DNA from: Octopus sinensis | Taxonomy: Eukaryota | Assembly: GCF_006345805.1 (NCBI RefSeq) | Contig: NW_021836129.1 | Span: 315,332-379,331 of the forward strand | Length of the DNA: 64,000 nt | Direction of reading: 5' to 3' | Shown: one piece after another, positions 1 through 14,372 of the stretch | Layout: every line of letters starts with the position of its first letter | How positions within the stretch are numbered: position 1 is the first letter of the stretch | Notes under the pieces: model-generated | Seen by the model: only the letters and a program-made list of their open reading frames with translations | Database searches by the model: none | Told to the model about the DNA's origin: nothing | Position numbers and translations under genes: made by a program

Positions 1-380
1 TCTGAATTCAGGAAGTGAAAGTTTATAATGATTTATTCCTTACAAATCAAATTAAATAAATATGTAGCAAAGTACACATAAAATACCAACAAACTATGCC
101 AACCATGCGTATCAGCGTGTTATAATTTATTGGCCTTACCTTTAAAAATAGATTAACCATAGTGTAATAATTTTAATAAATATGAATTTTATTTATATTT
201 TCAAAAAGATTCTCATGCCAATTCGCTAATCTAACATTCTATTATATAGAGCTCTTTTAGTCATTCCGGCACTGGCCACACGAGCAGGCAGTGCAATAGA
301 TCATCCTCTTTCTTTTGTTCATCGTTTTGCATTTTCTGCAGATCTCATCTTCTCTTGCAGTTTCTTGGATGTCCTTTTCA
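1..380 (-). repeat. Dispersed repeat, second copy at ~51695-52086; probable 3' end of a DNA transposon with a PHD-like C-terminus
   Basis: Near-identical to 51695-52086 (tctgaa[t/a]tcaggaagtgaaagtttataatg...); this copy lacks a short segment present in the other. The other copy encodes C-x2-C...C-x2-C-x4-H on the minus strand. Confidence 0.75.
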
Positions 381-491
381 GATTTTTCCTTTCTTTTTTC
401 TTTTCTTTTTTCCTTCTTCTTAGACACAATAAATGGAACACACCATTACAACGTCACAGTGAAAGATCCATATTTTCACGAATTCTTTTCT

Positions 492-1110
492 TTACTTTAG
501 CTTTGAATGAACAATAGACAGACATCCAATTTTTGAACGTCCTTCTTTACGACGACAAAATAAATTAAAATTTGACTCATCTATCCAAATTATAGTTCTT
601 CCTTTAGATCTCGCATTCAAAAGACGTGTTAAATAATCCATTCTTTTTATTTTATTTTCCTCTGTATTCATGTTTATTGTGATTGGCCGAATTGATTTCA
701 ATGAAATTAATTGTCCATCAAGCCAATTTTTACTGTATTTACACAAACAGTAACATTGAATTGAGCTTGAATTTTTTCAGTACATTCGACCAGTGAGATC
801 TGGCAATCACATTCAATCCAAGTTAATAGAGCAGATATAATTTCTTCACTTTTTTTACTCCAAATCTTTCCTCCTTTAGGAAGTAATTCAATTTTTTTAT
901 TTTTAATCCAATAATATGCGGTCCTTTCTTTCACTCCAAAGACCTGCATAAAGAGCGCCAATCTCCATCTCTATCGTATGTGTCTATGATCAATTTCCGT
1001 TTTTCCATTGAATATTTTCCGTAATGTCCTCTTCCTTGTCTGTTTATGCAAATGTCTTCTGTACCATTTTCTTGTGAATTTCGGAGGCTTCTGGATTTTG
1101 TGCCATTTTT
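492..1110 (-). mobile_element. IS630/Tc1-mariner transposase N-terminal fragment (HTH plus first catalytic Asp), frameshifted
   Basis: ORFs 707-961 (HTH-like) and 492-746 with IIWIDESNFNLF motif. Confidence 0.7.
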
Positions 1111-2149
1111 AATTTAATTTTAAACGCAAAAATACTTTATATATATTGTTTAAACGCATTAATGTTGCGTCAAGGTTATACAAATGAATTTGTAAATTGA
1201 ATTGTAAAATTGGAGGAGAACGGTGAATTCATTCTCTGGAACCTAACAGACTGACTGTAGACAGAAAGAATATAAACATGTTGAAATACCAAAAGATTTG
1301 GTGAATCCGTATTTCACATATGAATCATCCCAATTACCTACTTTCTCCTTTAATATCGTTATTTTTCTGCACCACAGAAAACACAATTATTATAGCATGC
1401 TATCTAATTAATATATGGAATCAAGGAGCAAGACTTTAATTCTACCCTCTGCGCGAGCGGTTTTCTTTGAGTGTGCATCCACCTCTGCAGACGAATACCC
1501 ACTGCACAGATTATTAGAGACGGGACTGTAACGGGTGGTGTGGATGAGATTAAGTGAACAGCAGCCGAGATATCTCCCTGCATTATTACATTTTCTAATT
1601 GGAAATATTTTCGATTTTGACTATTTTTGACTAATTAATGTAGTAAAATGTGAATACAAAGGGTTTTCATATCTAAGCGGTTTAAAATTAAAGTGCAATC
1701 TGAATAAATACATTTTTTGTCCTAAAATATTAATAATCAGTTAACAAGTAGGTATTTAAATTAATCACTGTTTGGTATACTTGAACACTACACAATATTT
1801 ATATTAACCAATGGGTTTATAGAAACAATTATTCTTGCAACTAACTTTATATGTTAACAGAAATGTGCAAATAGCTTTAAATTTAGATCAAAATGTATTG
1901 AAATTAAAAAATAGTGAACATATGGTAAGTTAGTTTACATAAAAAATTATAGCCTATATCGGTATTAGATATCAAGAAATGTGTTATCGAGAGAGCATTT
2001 TCCTAATCAAATATTCGGATGCCACTATTTAACTAACACGGATGTCGCGGTGACCACATCCTGAAGTTGTTCACGTTGCCTGGCGCTTTATCTAATTTCT
2101 ATCTATCTTACGCGTGTCCCTCAAATCTTTTATTTTGAAAAATTTGTTA

Positions 2150-2500
2150 ATCTCAGCGTCCGTGGTAATGAAGATGTCACCCTGAATGGTTCATTTAAAT
2201 TCAGACGTAACAATGTTGTTGATGTTATTTCAGGCTTTGGCCAAATCGGTTATCCATTTAATGGTTCCAGGTTGAATTTCATTCTGCTATCTCCGACTAT
2301 TCTATATTTGATCACACCATCGCAACCCCTTTCTGAAAAGGTTTTCAGGCTAAGATCGATAGATCCGAAAGATCTGCTTGTGCTTGGAACGCCAATCTCC
2401 AGTCGAAGGATATCTATTGTTATCCCGATAAGAAAAGCGACCGCACAAATACTTGTAGGAACTTGTCCATATGAATTTTGAAGAACTTTGAAATAAGACG
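2150..2500 (+). mobile_element. Degenerate CRE-like non-LTR RT remnant
   Basis: EDVTLNGS and KDLLVLGTPI resemble the YLDDVTLGG and LLGSPL motifs of CRE-type RTs; decayed. Confidence 0.3.
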
Positions 2501-3164
2501 ATGCCATGTCAAGACTACCTGAATAATTTTACTTTTGCTTTAATTTATTTGCAAGCATACAGTATTTTGCAATTTTCCACTTGAACTGCCTTTAAACGGT
2601 TTGTTGGTTTTTTCATAAACAAAAATGTCAGGTTTATTGTATTAAACTATCGTTTCTGTCATCAATTAACACTGATTTCGACATTTTGGGTGATATTATT
2701 GACGCATCCGAATCCACCTTCATGTTTGAAAAAAACAAATTCCAATCCTCCAAAAGAATGTAAAATGCTTAGATTATGGGCTATAATTCCCTTAGGATAA
2801 CAATGCGGGACGTAGATAGGTAGACATTTGATTCTTACATTTAAAATAACCAAATGTAGTGATCTACAAATGATTCGGTTAACCAAATGTTTCCTCTTAG
2901 TATCTTTAAATGATTTAATGTACGGGTTTTCCCGACAGTTGCATATTTGGAGATAAGAAATCCTGCGATTGTTTATAAGTGCTATTTTTTACTCGCAGAA
3001 TATCTGAACTCCTTTTTTCGTATAATTATTATTTGTCTTTCCTCAAATAATATTATAGTAAAATCTCTTGAATCCGCCGATTTTTTGGCCGGTCCCAAAA
3101 TCTATTATTTCGTTTATTTTCAAACCTGTAAACTCAGCTTTAAAACTTTTTATTAGTATGTTAC

Positions 3165-3630
3165 TCATTTCAGTATGTTACTCATTTTATCTTCGAGCAC
3201 TCCCAGGTATCGGTAGCTATCAAGTCCATCAAGTAGTTTTGCCTCGGAAGCCAAGCACTGCACGTTAGTAGCTGTTACTTCACATTTAATAATCTGCTTA
3301 ACGGATCCATCAATAGCACAAAGATCTGAGGGATAACGAGTCTCCTTGTAGGATTCCCTTTCGAAATTTAAGTTCTTCAATTTCTTTTTTGTCAAATATC
3401 AATTTAATTTTCCATCTTTTCACCAAATTTTTGATGAAATCTTTAATCCAATTTGGAAGGCCAGAAGAGTCAAGAATCTTAAAGAGAAAGTCCACTGTGT
3501 CAAAAGCTTTTCTAACATCGATCCAAGCAGAGGCCAAATTATTTCCGTTTTGTTGATTGACAGACTGATTAATTATTGCTTGCTCTTTGGCTCCTTGACA
3601 TAATTTCCGAATTGTAATGTCAAACGTCAT
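3165..3630 (-). mobile_element. Non-LTR retrotransposon reverse transcriptase fragment (RLE/R4-like)
   Basis: WIDVRKAFDTV, KGILQGDSLS and YRYLGVLED motifs in two frameshifted ORFs. Confidence 0.8.
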
Positions 3631-3744
3631 TATTGTGGTTTCAAATATCCGAATTGTGATCTCAACAGTCGAAAATATAAATATCCTTTAATTTTTTCTG
3701 CACATTACTGAAAAATATTTATTAATGAAATTAATGTTAAGTTT

Positions 3745-4095
3745 CTAAATATTGTCATCGGGAGTTAAATCGTTCATCTCCATAATACTTGGAAAATGTT
3801 TCTGAACATGATTGCATGTTAGTGAGCAAATTCTTGGTGTTATTGCAGAAATACAAGTGTCTATGCAACTTTCTAAAATTCGTAGTCTGGTTTCTTTTTG
3901 GGTGAGTCCATTTTCTGTAATTAACAAATCAGTTGTAGCCATTTTTCTGTTTAGTTCACTCTTAAGCATGCTCCAGCATTCCTCTATTAGATTCAATGGT
4001 GCACTGTAAGGTCCCAATCTTATAATTTTAATATCTCGAAATTCTCCTCCAATCATTTTCTTTAATTGTGAAGGTGCCGGTGCTTTGTCTATCAC
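3745..4095 (-). mobile_element. IS630/Tc1 transposase C-terminal (DDE_3) fragment
   Basis: GPYSAPLNLIEECWSMLK matches the PYSPxLNPIExxW motif. Confidence 0.75.
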
Positions 4096-4761
4096 AATTC
4101 AAATTTCTGAATATTTTTCAATTTGAAATTATGGTCGTTCAAATCTTGGATCCAAGATTCACTTTTCATCTGGTCTGTGTTTTGACTTTTCATTTCCATA
4201 AATAAAATTATTTCCTGTTCTAACAGATAAAATCTTTTGACAACTTTATGAATCGATAAAGATATCTTTGTAAAACTACAACAAATTTACTTTAACTATG
4301 AAGTTGCTGGTAAATTGCGAATTGAAATAGAAAAATTAAATCCTGGCTTATTATTTGCAAATTTTTATTGTATTCATCAGCAAAATGTGTCCTCAAAAAT
4401 TTTACAAATAGAAAATACTATTACTTTGGTCACAAAATAATAAACTATATTAAAGATGATGCACTTAATTACCACCAATTCAGCAAAATGTTGATAGATA
4501 TGGATAATCAGTTTAGCAACCTTTTTTATGCTAGTACTGTTGTAGTTTTACAAAGATATCTTTACTTTCATTAGTATGGTGCATAATACCAATTTGAGAA
4601 ATTCTTCATAAATTTTAAAATCTGGGTTACAAGCCCGAAAAAAGATTGCTGATTGTGCAATTTCAATACGTCGGCTGTTTCCTCGATCGAAGTTGAAAAA
4701 TATTCAAATTTCAAAAATCATATTTTAATCGCTCATTTAAATGCGAAGACATTTTATTTAT

Positions 4762-4998
4762 TTAACCCCATTCCCCTTCCCCTGAAATTAAGTTAAGGAT
4801 AGAGTGAATCTTATATGATTTTCTTATACCGGTGAAGTTTTTGCAATCCAGGAGGACATGTGTTACTGTATGTCGTCCGTCATGGCAGATTAGACAGGAC
4901 GGATCGACTTCCTTATCGACTTTGTTTTGATAGTAGAGGTGTAAAGAGTGATGCCCACAGCGAAATCTTACGAGTTCTACCCGATCTTTACGAAACAT
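4762..4998 (-). mobile_element. LINE (I/Jockey-like) C-terminal CCHC zinc-finger fragment
   Basis: RFRCGHH...CLICHDGRHTVTHVLLDC. Confidence 0.65.
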
Positions 4999-5029
4999 TT
5001 CTTTGATATGTTCAGCAACTGTATTTTAG

Positions 5030-5562
5030 TCAAATAAATCTCTTTAAACAAATACGCATTATCAGGTCAAATAATTTGGATGTTTTCACGAGACATTGTT
5101 TGATGAGATCACCATCACAAGATGATTTCATTGCAAGCATTCTGCTGATTTCATAACTGATGCAGTACTTCGATTGTAATTTTTGTGAAATGAGCCCGTC
5201 ACGAGTCAAATTATTTTGTAATTCATCAAGCTGTAAAACACGCATTGTACTTTTTAGTTAATAAACAACTTAGTATCTTGAAAATAATCGTAATGATTAG
5301 AAATGTAATGCCTTTTTAAGTTGTATTCCTTCGGTATAGCGATTAACTGGTTACACACCAAAGAATGTATTTTTGCATCAATAGTTATAGATAAGTTCCC
5401 ATTTTTTGAAACACAATTGTCATCTTTCAAACACTGTTTTTAGTTCAAGAAGAAACACGTGACATTGTCAAACAAGATTTATTAAAAAATAATTAAAATT
5501 AAAAATATTTTCTATTTGAAAGGCTCGCGGCCGCACCTATACATGCATGTTTGACAACCCTG
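5030..5562 (-). mobile_element. hAT (Charlie/SPIN, GTF2IRD2/EPM2AIP1-like) transposon 5' end and transposase fragment
   Basis: Terminus CAGGGTTGTCAAAC...GCGGCCGCGAGCC on the minus strand ending at 5562; ORF SYEISRMLA...DGDLIKQCL. Confidence 0.6.
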
Positions 5563-7436
5563 CTATAGATCCTGAACTTCTATTTGTGAAGAATTGATTA
5601 GTATTGACACGGGTCTCTATCTTGCTGAAGATTTTGTCAACAAAGGGAAGGATACAAATATCTTGATGCAATTTGCTTTATTTCATACTAGTTGTTAGAT
5701 TTCTTTGCGTCTTTGTGGGATTTCCAACTGCTGGATTTTCAATTCCTACTGTATTTTATATGTTTGATGGGCTTACCTCATGTTTTCTATCAGAGAAATG
5801 ATTTTGTTGATCGAATTTTACTAATTACTCTTTTATTAACCTAATAGCTTTAGGAGTGCCTGTTTCGTAATTGATTTAATTTTTAAGCTATTCTGATAGG
5901 GTTTTTACTGATTCCCATTTATTACACATAAGAGGCATATTTATATACCAGTGAAAAGATGTAGGTCACCGCGTCACAATACCGAACCTCGAATGACTGG
6001 AACCTTCCTCGTCCAGTAGTAATCTTGTGCTGCAAATAGGATGTGCTTTGAGTCAGTCTCATGTATGTGGCTAGAAGCTTAGTTTAGTAAAGACAGCTGA
6101 AGTTGGCCCGACTTTGAGCGAGATTTGCGTAATGTATTTAAGTAAAAAATTCCGGCCTATCCCTTTTGGACTGGTTTGAATAATGTAAATAACATATTAA
6201 CTATTGACATTTGAAGTTTGTAATTGACAAATTGTCTTGAAAATTATCTACGCGAAGCAATTGTTCGTCCGAGGTTATCTATAAAGTAGTAGATTTTCTT
6301 TGATCTCACAGGTTTGAATGCCATGGGGATAAAAATGTTCCAAAAAGTTTATTATTTATTTTTGTACATTAGCCTTGTTCCCTGCGTGGCCATGAAATAT
6401 GGCCGACGACCTAGAAAAACACGGAAAATAACTTTTTTTTGAAGGACTAATCGGTTATTGAATTAAAAGAATGGCATTAGAAATAATATTAGACTGAAAA
6501 ATTATACAGTTTCTAATCCTATTAGATAGTGGGCCTTCCTCCGAGAAATCGAAAACAAAGCAGATATACGACCATGTCTCCACCAAGGCTATTCGAAAAC
6601 TTGCCTGGAATAAACTGCTAGACGACTCTCCTCCGGTAGGCATTATGGACTTATGGAAGCGCCCAGCACTCGCTGCTGAGCCCCTGAGGACAGCCGGCCT
6701 TCTGCAAGCTAGAGAGGTCGGGGTAACTAACTAACTATTAGATCGTGGAAGATGTCAAACCTGACATTCAAAATTCATATCTGTATTTAGAAATCTCACC
6801 AGACCTTCCTAGATAGAGTTCTAAGATCAGTCCTAGACATCTTTAGGAAGGTCCAAGGAAAAAACTGACACAATTTTCAAACTCAGGGGCTAATTTTTGT
6901 TAATTTGGTTATAAATTATTATGTTATAAATTATTATTTAATTATAAATTATTGTTTTAATTTTTTCTAGTGGCTCCACGTGCTAAGGGCTTGAGGATCA
7001 ATTTCGGATCCACTTGAGTCCCCTACTGTAATACATCAAACCGCAAGTATCCTACTAAATTTGACGAAATACATCAAAAAAACAAACCGCAGTGGCGATT
7101 AACATACTCAATCAATTCTGTAAATAAAAGTGTTCATATTCAAGTCTAAAAATGCACTTTTATTTCAACGAAAAAAAACGCGAGTTCTCTGCTTGTGTGC
7201 AACCAATCAGCCTAATTTTTTCAGGAAAGCTGCATCCCATGATGATTGACTATATTAACTAGTTCGGCCTCCTCTGTATTTTTCGTTCACCTCAAACTAA
7301 GGAATCGTGTGATGTGGGTCTTATGACGGGAGACCAGCTGTGAAAATGAGAAAATAAATTAATTAAAAAATGAATCTATATCAATTTTGACGTTTTTTGA
7401 CCGTTTTTGAATATATTTATAGCTACTACAATAAAA

Positions 7437-7517
7437 GCTAAGGCACTGACATCTATCCGTAATTAACTTTCAAAGGCTAAGGCACTGACGTCTATCCGTA
7501 ATTAACTTTCAAAGGCT
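7437..7517. repeat. 39-bp tandem duplication (2 copies)
   Basis: gctaaggcactgac[a/g]tctatccgtaattaactttcaaag twice. Confidence 0.95.
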
Positions 7518-8699
7518 GAAGTTAGAACTGGGTAAGCATAATAGTCAATATTTTCCATATTTTCATCGAGGTAATGCGTAATTTTTGTTTCTTGTATGCA
7601 TCCAATAGAAACTTTAAATCTTTCTAGGTCGTCACAAAGAATATTTCTTGACTTAGATATTCAGCATGCATTGAACGAAAGAATCTTTAGGGCAAGCATA
7701 TTCTCTGTATCTTCTGCTTTTTACAAATGTTTCTTAACCGTTGTACGGAAAAGAGACGATGCATGTGACCACCTCACCAAAACTATTAAATAAAATCTTA
7801 GTAGGATTTTGAAATAAATAATTTATATTTTAAATATAATATACATTTTTAATTTGTTAACCTTCACAGAAATAGTATTAAAAAGGAAGTTCAATATAAT
7901 TTATTGATGTACGTTTCTGTCTCTTGGAAATTCGTGGAGGTATATCCAAAGAAATCTGCACTAGGTATCTCTTTTTTGTTGAAATATATTTTAGCGTACT
8001 GTCTTATTGTCGATCATGATTTAAATATTCTTTTCGAAAGCTTTTCGAAATTATCCATTTTTTCTTTCTTTTCCATGCAACTGGATTCTCACAGCAAATT
8101 TTGCGTTGTTGAGTCAAGGAACATTCTCCTCCCAATGATAGACGACAGGAAGTGGTCCAAAATCTCTGTTAATGATATCAGGTGTCGGACCACTACACAC
8201 GCAGGTTTCACAAGAGCTCCAGAGGAGTACTTGTACTTAGAAGGCCATGTGAGTGACATGTACACACATGGTCATCTTGTCATGAAGTATCAAACTTCTA
8301 CATCTTGCAACATGAGGATCTGGTTTTGGCAGACATACACTTGCGCGCAATCGGGCTTCAGTTAGCCCCTACCAAGGAAGAGGCACTACACGCTGTTGAC
8401 CAGTACACAGCCGGAAATGTAGAGAAATATAAGAGTGAGCTTGATTGAAAACAGTATTCAACTGATTCAGCGACTCTCTCGATCCTTGGACATCCGCGTC
8501 TCGATCCAGGACATCTCAGACAAAGCAGGCAGCTTCGCTCAGTACTGGGCAAGTATGCACACGACTGTGGAGCCCCTGCTGGAGTTAGAGAGTGACCCCT
8601 GGCAGATGTTTCTCGCTTCCCAGGGCTCTGGTACAAAGGTGCTCAGGGTGAATACGTGACTAGAGAGGTGGGTATGCGAGATTTGGTGATGGCTGTGAC

Positions 8700-9180
8700 C
8701 AGTGTACTGCAGGATGGGAAGGGTTATTCACGGCACCCTCCTGGCTGCTTTCGGTCGGCAAAGAAATAATGCTAGTAGTACGCTACTACATTATGGCGGA
8801 CGATCAGAAGACCCCCTCGCCAATGAGCTCCAGAAGCACAGTGACTCTGCCTCCATCAGGCTCCCACATGGGAACATCGGGGTGAATGCTTTAAAGAATT
8901 ACTTTTGGTTATCTGGGAACCAAAGATTTATGTGCAATAGACATGAGTTCGGGGGGAAAAATTTATATAATAAAAAAGTATCATTCCGAAATTTTATTGA
9001 GTAATCCAAAAAGTATCATGCCGAAATTTTTGAGGTTGACGGGATGACCCTTTTCCCATTTGAGAGCGGAAAAGTCCTCGTATGGGATGCAACCTGCTGG
9101 GATACATTCTCTGCTTCACATCTAACATCGTGTGCTCTGCAGGCTAAATCAGTTCGACTCCCTCGAGCAACCATCTTGTT
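8700..9180 (+). mobile_element. CRE-like retrotransposon C-terminal remnants
   Basis: GMTLFPFESGKVLVWDATCWDTF parallels the RLE motif of the element at 50339-51550. Confidence 0.55.
8972..9035. repeat. Short dispersed repeat with internal duplication; second copy ~10081-10135
   Basis: aaaaagtatcattccgaaatttt...gagtaat occurs at both sites. Confidence 0.6.
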
Positions 9181-10979
9181 GTATAGGCATCAAAAATATT
9201 TCTGTACCAGTCTCTTGTTCTTTACAATAAAAAATATTTGTCATATTATATATATTTATCTTGACAAAAAAGATTTTGAAATAGAGTTCAAATATTTTTT
9301 TTGAATTTTTTTCGAAAGTATAACCACCTAGGCTCGGTACACCAAGGCTTGTGACATAATAATTTATAAAAATAATATAACAATAATTAAATTCGTGTTC
9401 TGTTTAAAAAAAAGTCTAAAAAAATATAACAATAATGATTAAAATTTGGTAGAAATTTATCATTTTAGATTTTAGGGCGCTAAAATACCAGATCGCCAAA
9501 TCCGGGAACAAATAAATAAAAGTTTGCCATAAGAATATACAAAATAAAACTTTCTATCAAAAAATAAGGTAAAATTCAATGAATAAAGATAAATGAAAAG
9601 ATTTCAAATAAGCGATATAAACAGATTGAAAGAATGAACTCGCAATATTACAAAATGATGAAATTTCAGATAATTTATTAATTAAAAGAAACTACATGGC
9701 AAAATATTCCTTCTAATCCAATTAAATAAAAAAATAAAGATTGACCAAATAATGCAACAGGACAACAAGGTATGTCAAAAGAGTGCTCACACGTGTCACA
9801 ATTTATTATGTTTTCTATTAATAATTGGGTAACTAAAAATTAAGATAATTTTAATTAAAACACAATTCTACCTAGTAGCTTATAAACAGTGTAAATACCA
9901 GAGGGGATATCTCAATGATGGCAACTTGCGAGCAGATTTTGCAGATTCGAGCAGTTTGTTTCCTTGGAACTTTTGCTCCAGTAGATTTTCGAGCAGCTTG
10001 TTTAGTTATAGCCATATTTTTTTATTTCAGTTAGAACCGATTCAGGGGAGTTATTTTTGTTTTATATAGTTAAACAACATTATTCCGAATTTTTTCGAGT
10101 AATGCAAAAAAGTATCATTCCGAAAATTTTTTGGTTAAATCACTCACCATTTTTAAAAATAAAAAATTAAATATTTTTAAAATAATATTTTATCATCACC
10201 ATCAAATAATTGTAACTATTGCTTAAATTGATGAATTTTGCGAGATTACAGACTAAATTACTAGTGTACTAATTAAAGAAAAAACAGATAACGATCCGAG
10301 TTTTTTCTTTCAATATGGTAATTTCGTAAGCAATCATCAATTGTTTGACAAATTGAACTTGCATCACACGTCTCAACATAAATACAGTCAATCAAATATA
10401 TATTGGTTGGGTTGTCAATCTTTTCAGCAATAATGTTCACATATTTTTTTTAAAGAATGTTGGGTTTCGTCTATTACTAAAAATATTTGACTCCCTTTGA
10501 AATATTCTTTAAGTTTTTCAACCTGTTTCACAAAAATAGTGGAAACAAGATTTCTGGAATGTGTCTCACTAGGCAGTTTAAATCCCAAAGTTTCAAAAAA
10601 AGTTTGAAAATGGACATCCCTTAATTTGAACAGCGGAATATTTGTTTGGTCATCATTTCGACTAAACTAATCGCAAAAGACTCTTCGAAAATCACATCTT
10701 TCGCAATTAACTTCATTTGGACATTAGATTTTCCTGATTCTAATCTCTTTTTGTGTTTCAATGTTTGGCGATGTTGTTCAACGTTGAAACTTTTTCCATA
10801 TTTAACAGGAACACAACATTTTGAATAATAAAGTCTCCCGTGATCATCCTCTTCGAATTCGTTAGGAAATTTGTTAATTATATTTTTTTTTTTTATTTGA
10901 TTTTTTGAATTTATATATTTAAGCGTGCTTAATTATTAATTTATAAATTTAACAAAGCGTAATTACCAATGATCGTGCT

Positions 10980-11575
10980 GAATTACGAGTTGACACTACT
11001 ATCCCTACCGAATCAAAAATTTAATATAACAAGCCGGACATTTTCCTATACGACAAAAAATTAAACCACATATGGCTAATAGAGATTGAGTGACGTGTGT
11101 GTGGATAATTTAAAAGCAGTTGAAGTTGAAAAACTTCATAAATATGATATCCTGGCAAGTGAATTAGAAATCATTTACAAAGCCAAAGTCAAAATACTTC
11201 CGATTGTCATTACCTGGGATGCGATCACCTCCAAGTATTTTAAAATATACATGGATTTGATTGGCATTAAAGACAGTGTTCTGGCATACATCCAAACGAC
11301 TGCATTAAAGAAGACGTTGGAAGGAATGTTCGTAGAATATAAACATGGTTTCGAAGACGTAATGACTAAAGCATTGATTCTCAACAAAGATTATGCAGTG
11401 TGGAACACTCACCAAAGGGGAGCTAACTCGATGAAGAGGAGACATGATGAGGTGACAGAAAACGAATACTCTGAGGAAGGACAAATTAATAGCAAGAGGA
11501 TCACGAAGATGATGGTGCTGTTCAGGGAGGCACAAGACCAGTAAATTGAAAAATTTAATTAATCTAATTTTTAAT
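10980..11575 (+). mobile_element. 3' end of RLE-type non-LTR retrotransposon (R4/Dong-like)
   Basis: NKPDIFLYDKK...EKLHKYDILASEL...ILPIVITWD PD-(D/E)xK endonuclease region; its 3' end recurs at 45276-45431. Confidence 0.8.
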
Positions 11576-12860
11576 TTACTAAATTAACATATTTAAAATT
11601 ATTATTCATTCTGAAAAGTGCGAGAAAGATGTTTTACGTTTTCATTTTATTTCTATATGATTCATATCATTTTTAAGATCTTGTATAACAATTCCTTCCG
11701 TGGCCACTATATTCGACTTAATTTTAAAGAAATAACTGAATTATTAATTATACGGACGATAATGATGACATTATGTGCCAGCGATTAACTAATAAATTTT
11801 CAGGCATATTCCGACGGCGTAATTCCGCCTCTTACCTGTGACAGACATAAAAAATATAAATAATCCTTTAGTGAAGAAGAACGCTATTTTATATAATTAA
11901 AAAAATTAATTTTCTTTTAAAACTGGGCATAAACCGATGATCCCAAAGCTTGGAAAGAAGTTGATTAAATGGACGGAGGTAATAGAATCTAAAAATACTT
12001 TCTCAAAAATCATTTATAAATGGTTTTGTGACTGATTCTTTAATATCAACTAAGGTAGCATTTTTAGTGGATGAGTTATAACTCAGTAATTTAAAAATTC
12101 TAATGAATTTTTAGATAAATTCAAAAAGAGACGTGGATTCAGATTGCGTAAATTACACAGGAATATGCAAACAAATAAATATGTCGACGTTGAATCCTTT
12201 TTTGCAGAATTTAACGAATTTTCAAATGCATAAAAACCTGACAAAATCTATAATCTGGATAAACTCGTTGTTTTCAAAATCATTGATTTTATTTATTCAA
12301 ATTGCTCATTTTTTACATTTGTAACAAAATTCTGAAAAACCAAAACTGGACGACGGTAAAGTCGTGCAATTTTAATTCATTAAAAAATAAGCTCTTCTAA
12401 GTTGTTTTGGACGGAAAATGATAAATACAAGGATAAATCATCGTTTTTAGATCTTCTGAATTAGAGAAAAGATTATTTTTAATCAAACTACATAAATTTC
12501 ACACAGCAAGTGTTTTCCAAATTCTCAAATGGATCTTCCCTGGAGCTTGGAAAATATTTTAAGTGGGGTTGTCTATTGACGTCGATTATTTGAAACCTCA
12601 CTATACAAATAGTAATCACATTTTCAAATTTCGATTGGAAATGATTTGTTTAAACGTCTGTAACTAAAATAAAGAAGCCTCTCCTCTTAACAAGTGATGT
12701 TTCCTTGATTTGATACAGCTAGAGAAATCACGATTACTACTAAAAAGAGTTGCTATCCAACAGAGAAAAAAGACAGAAAATATTGACTAGATATTACCCT
12801 TATAATACTTTGGTGAATTAATAAGAAACAGAAAATTAAGAAAGCATAAAAATAAATAAA

Positions 12861-14037
12861 TCAAACGCCAGACACAACAGACTGAATACGTCCACCCTCA
12901 TCATCAGTCCCCACATCATCCACCACAGACTTCCCCAACACATCTAACAATACATCCAACAATCCTACCATTAATAACCCTCTCCTTATATCTCCTACTC
13001 AAACTATCCGCCTCCTTCCAATGCGGAGGGGTGGGCGGACTCCTTCCTCTCCCAGGCGATCGGTACCTCTAAAATAACCCCTCCAAACAACCTCAGCCCC
13101 CCTCCCTTTAATAACACGACCAGAACGATCAACTCTATTCTCCCCGTAGTTATACTTTTTGACCACAACAGGCCCATTCCGATTCCGTTTTAAGAAATTG
13201 ACGGGGGTTTGGGGGATTTCGTCAGGATCGATGACAATTGAGCCATATTCCTCAGCATTGACATTTCCTCCCATTCCCTTCTCGGCTGCCCTGGCCATTT
13301 TCTCCTTAAACAATCTCCTTTCTTCTTTCCTCTTCAATTTAGCCTCTCTTCTTGCATTTCTTTCTTCTTTCCGCTTTATTTGGCTTCTTTCTCAGCCTTC
13401 CGTGCTTTCTTTCTCACATTGGTCTGCCACACCATTTCTCCACACCCCTCAATCGTAACACTCGTCAACGGACGGTTGTGTTTGTCCGTCTCCAACGACT
13501 CAATTCGCCTAATCACGGAATCTCCTGAAATCACTTGTCCAAAAACCACGTGCTTTCTTAAAATACACAAAAATATTTCAAAACCCGTCCAAATGAGGGC
13601 AGGGGACTGTCGTTATGAAAAATTGTGAGGCGTTTGTGTTGGGGCCCTTGTTGGCCATGGAAAGCAGGAAAGGACGGTCGTGTTTTACTAAAAAATTCTC
13701 GTCTAATAAATTCAGGTTTTTTTAGACTGACCGTCGAATTTCTTTCCGTAAATACTTTCTCCGTTGGTTCCGTTTCCCGTGATTATGTCGCCGCCTTGGA
13801 TCATGAAGTTTGGGATCACTCTGTGGAATTGATTCCCTTCGTAGTGGAGGTTAACTCCTGTGGATTTGCTGTCTCCCAATTCGCCTGTGCAGAGAGCTCG
13901 GAAATTTTCGGCGGTTTTGGGGACAATTGATTTAAAAAGTTCAAATATTACTCTTCCGGCTAATATTTTTAATATTTATATTGAATTTAACCTTCTTGGT
14001 CACCAATATTTATATCAAAATAGCATCTCGGCTCCAT
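12861..14037 (-). CDS. PPIG: Peptidyl-prolyl isomerase G-like SR cyclophilin, about 5 micro-introns
   Basis: Spliced translation [12 protein letters not shown]...[14 protein letters not shown]...[14 protein letters not shown]...[18 protein letters not shown]...[13 protein letters not shown]-terminal [10 protein letters not shown] / RYRSP / TPPHW motifs are characteristic of PPIG. A few 1-bp homopolymer indels. Confidence 0.9.
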
Positions 14038-14372
14038 GCTCCACAACGACAGGAATGAAATAATTTTATTAATTAAAATATTAATTATAAATATGTTATT
14101 TTTAATAAAAGAATTTAAAAATCTCCAAAGATATTAAATAATATACAAAAACTGTTGTACTTTAAAACTGTTAGATTTAAACCAGAAAAAATTATTTATA
14201 ATTCAATAAAAAATGATTATATATTTCTAAAATAAAAATTAATTTAAATTTATTTAATTAATGTTAACAAATAAATTATTAATAAAATAATAAAGACAAA
14301 AAATTCTTTGTTGGACAACTTGTGAGGCCACCCAGGACGACCCAATTTATTATTAATTAAACAAAAATCAAC

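Noticed and set aside
492-4095. One IS630/Tc1 element interrupted by insertions
   Set aside because: On the minus strand the C-terminal piece precedes the N-terminal piece, and no TIR pair was found; treated as separate fragments.
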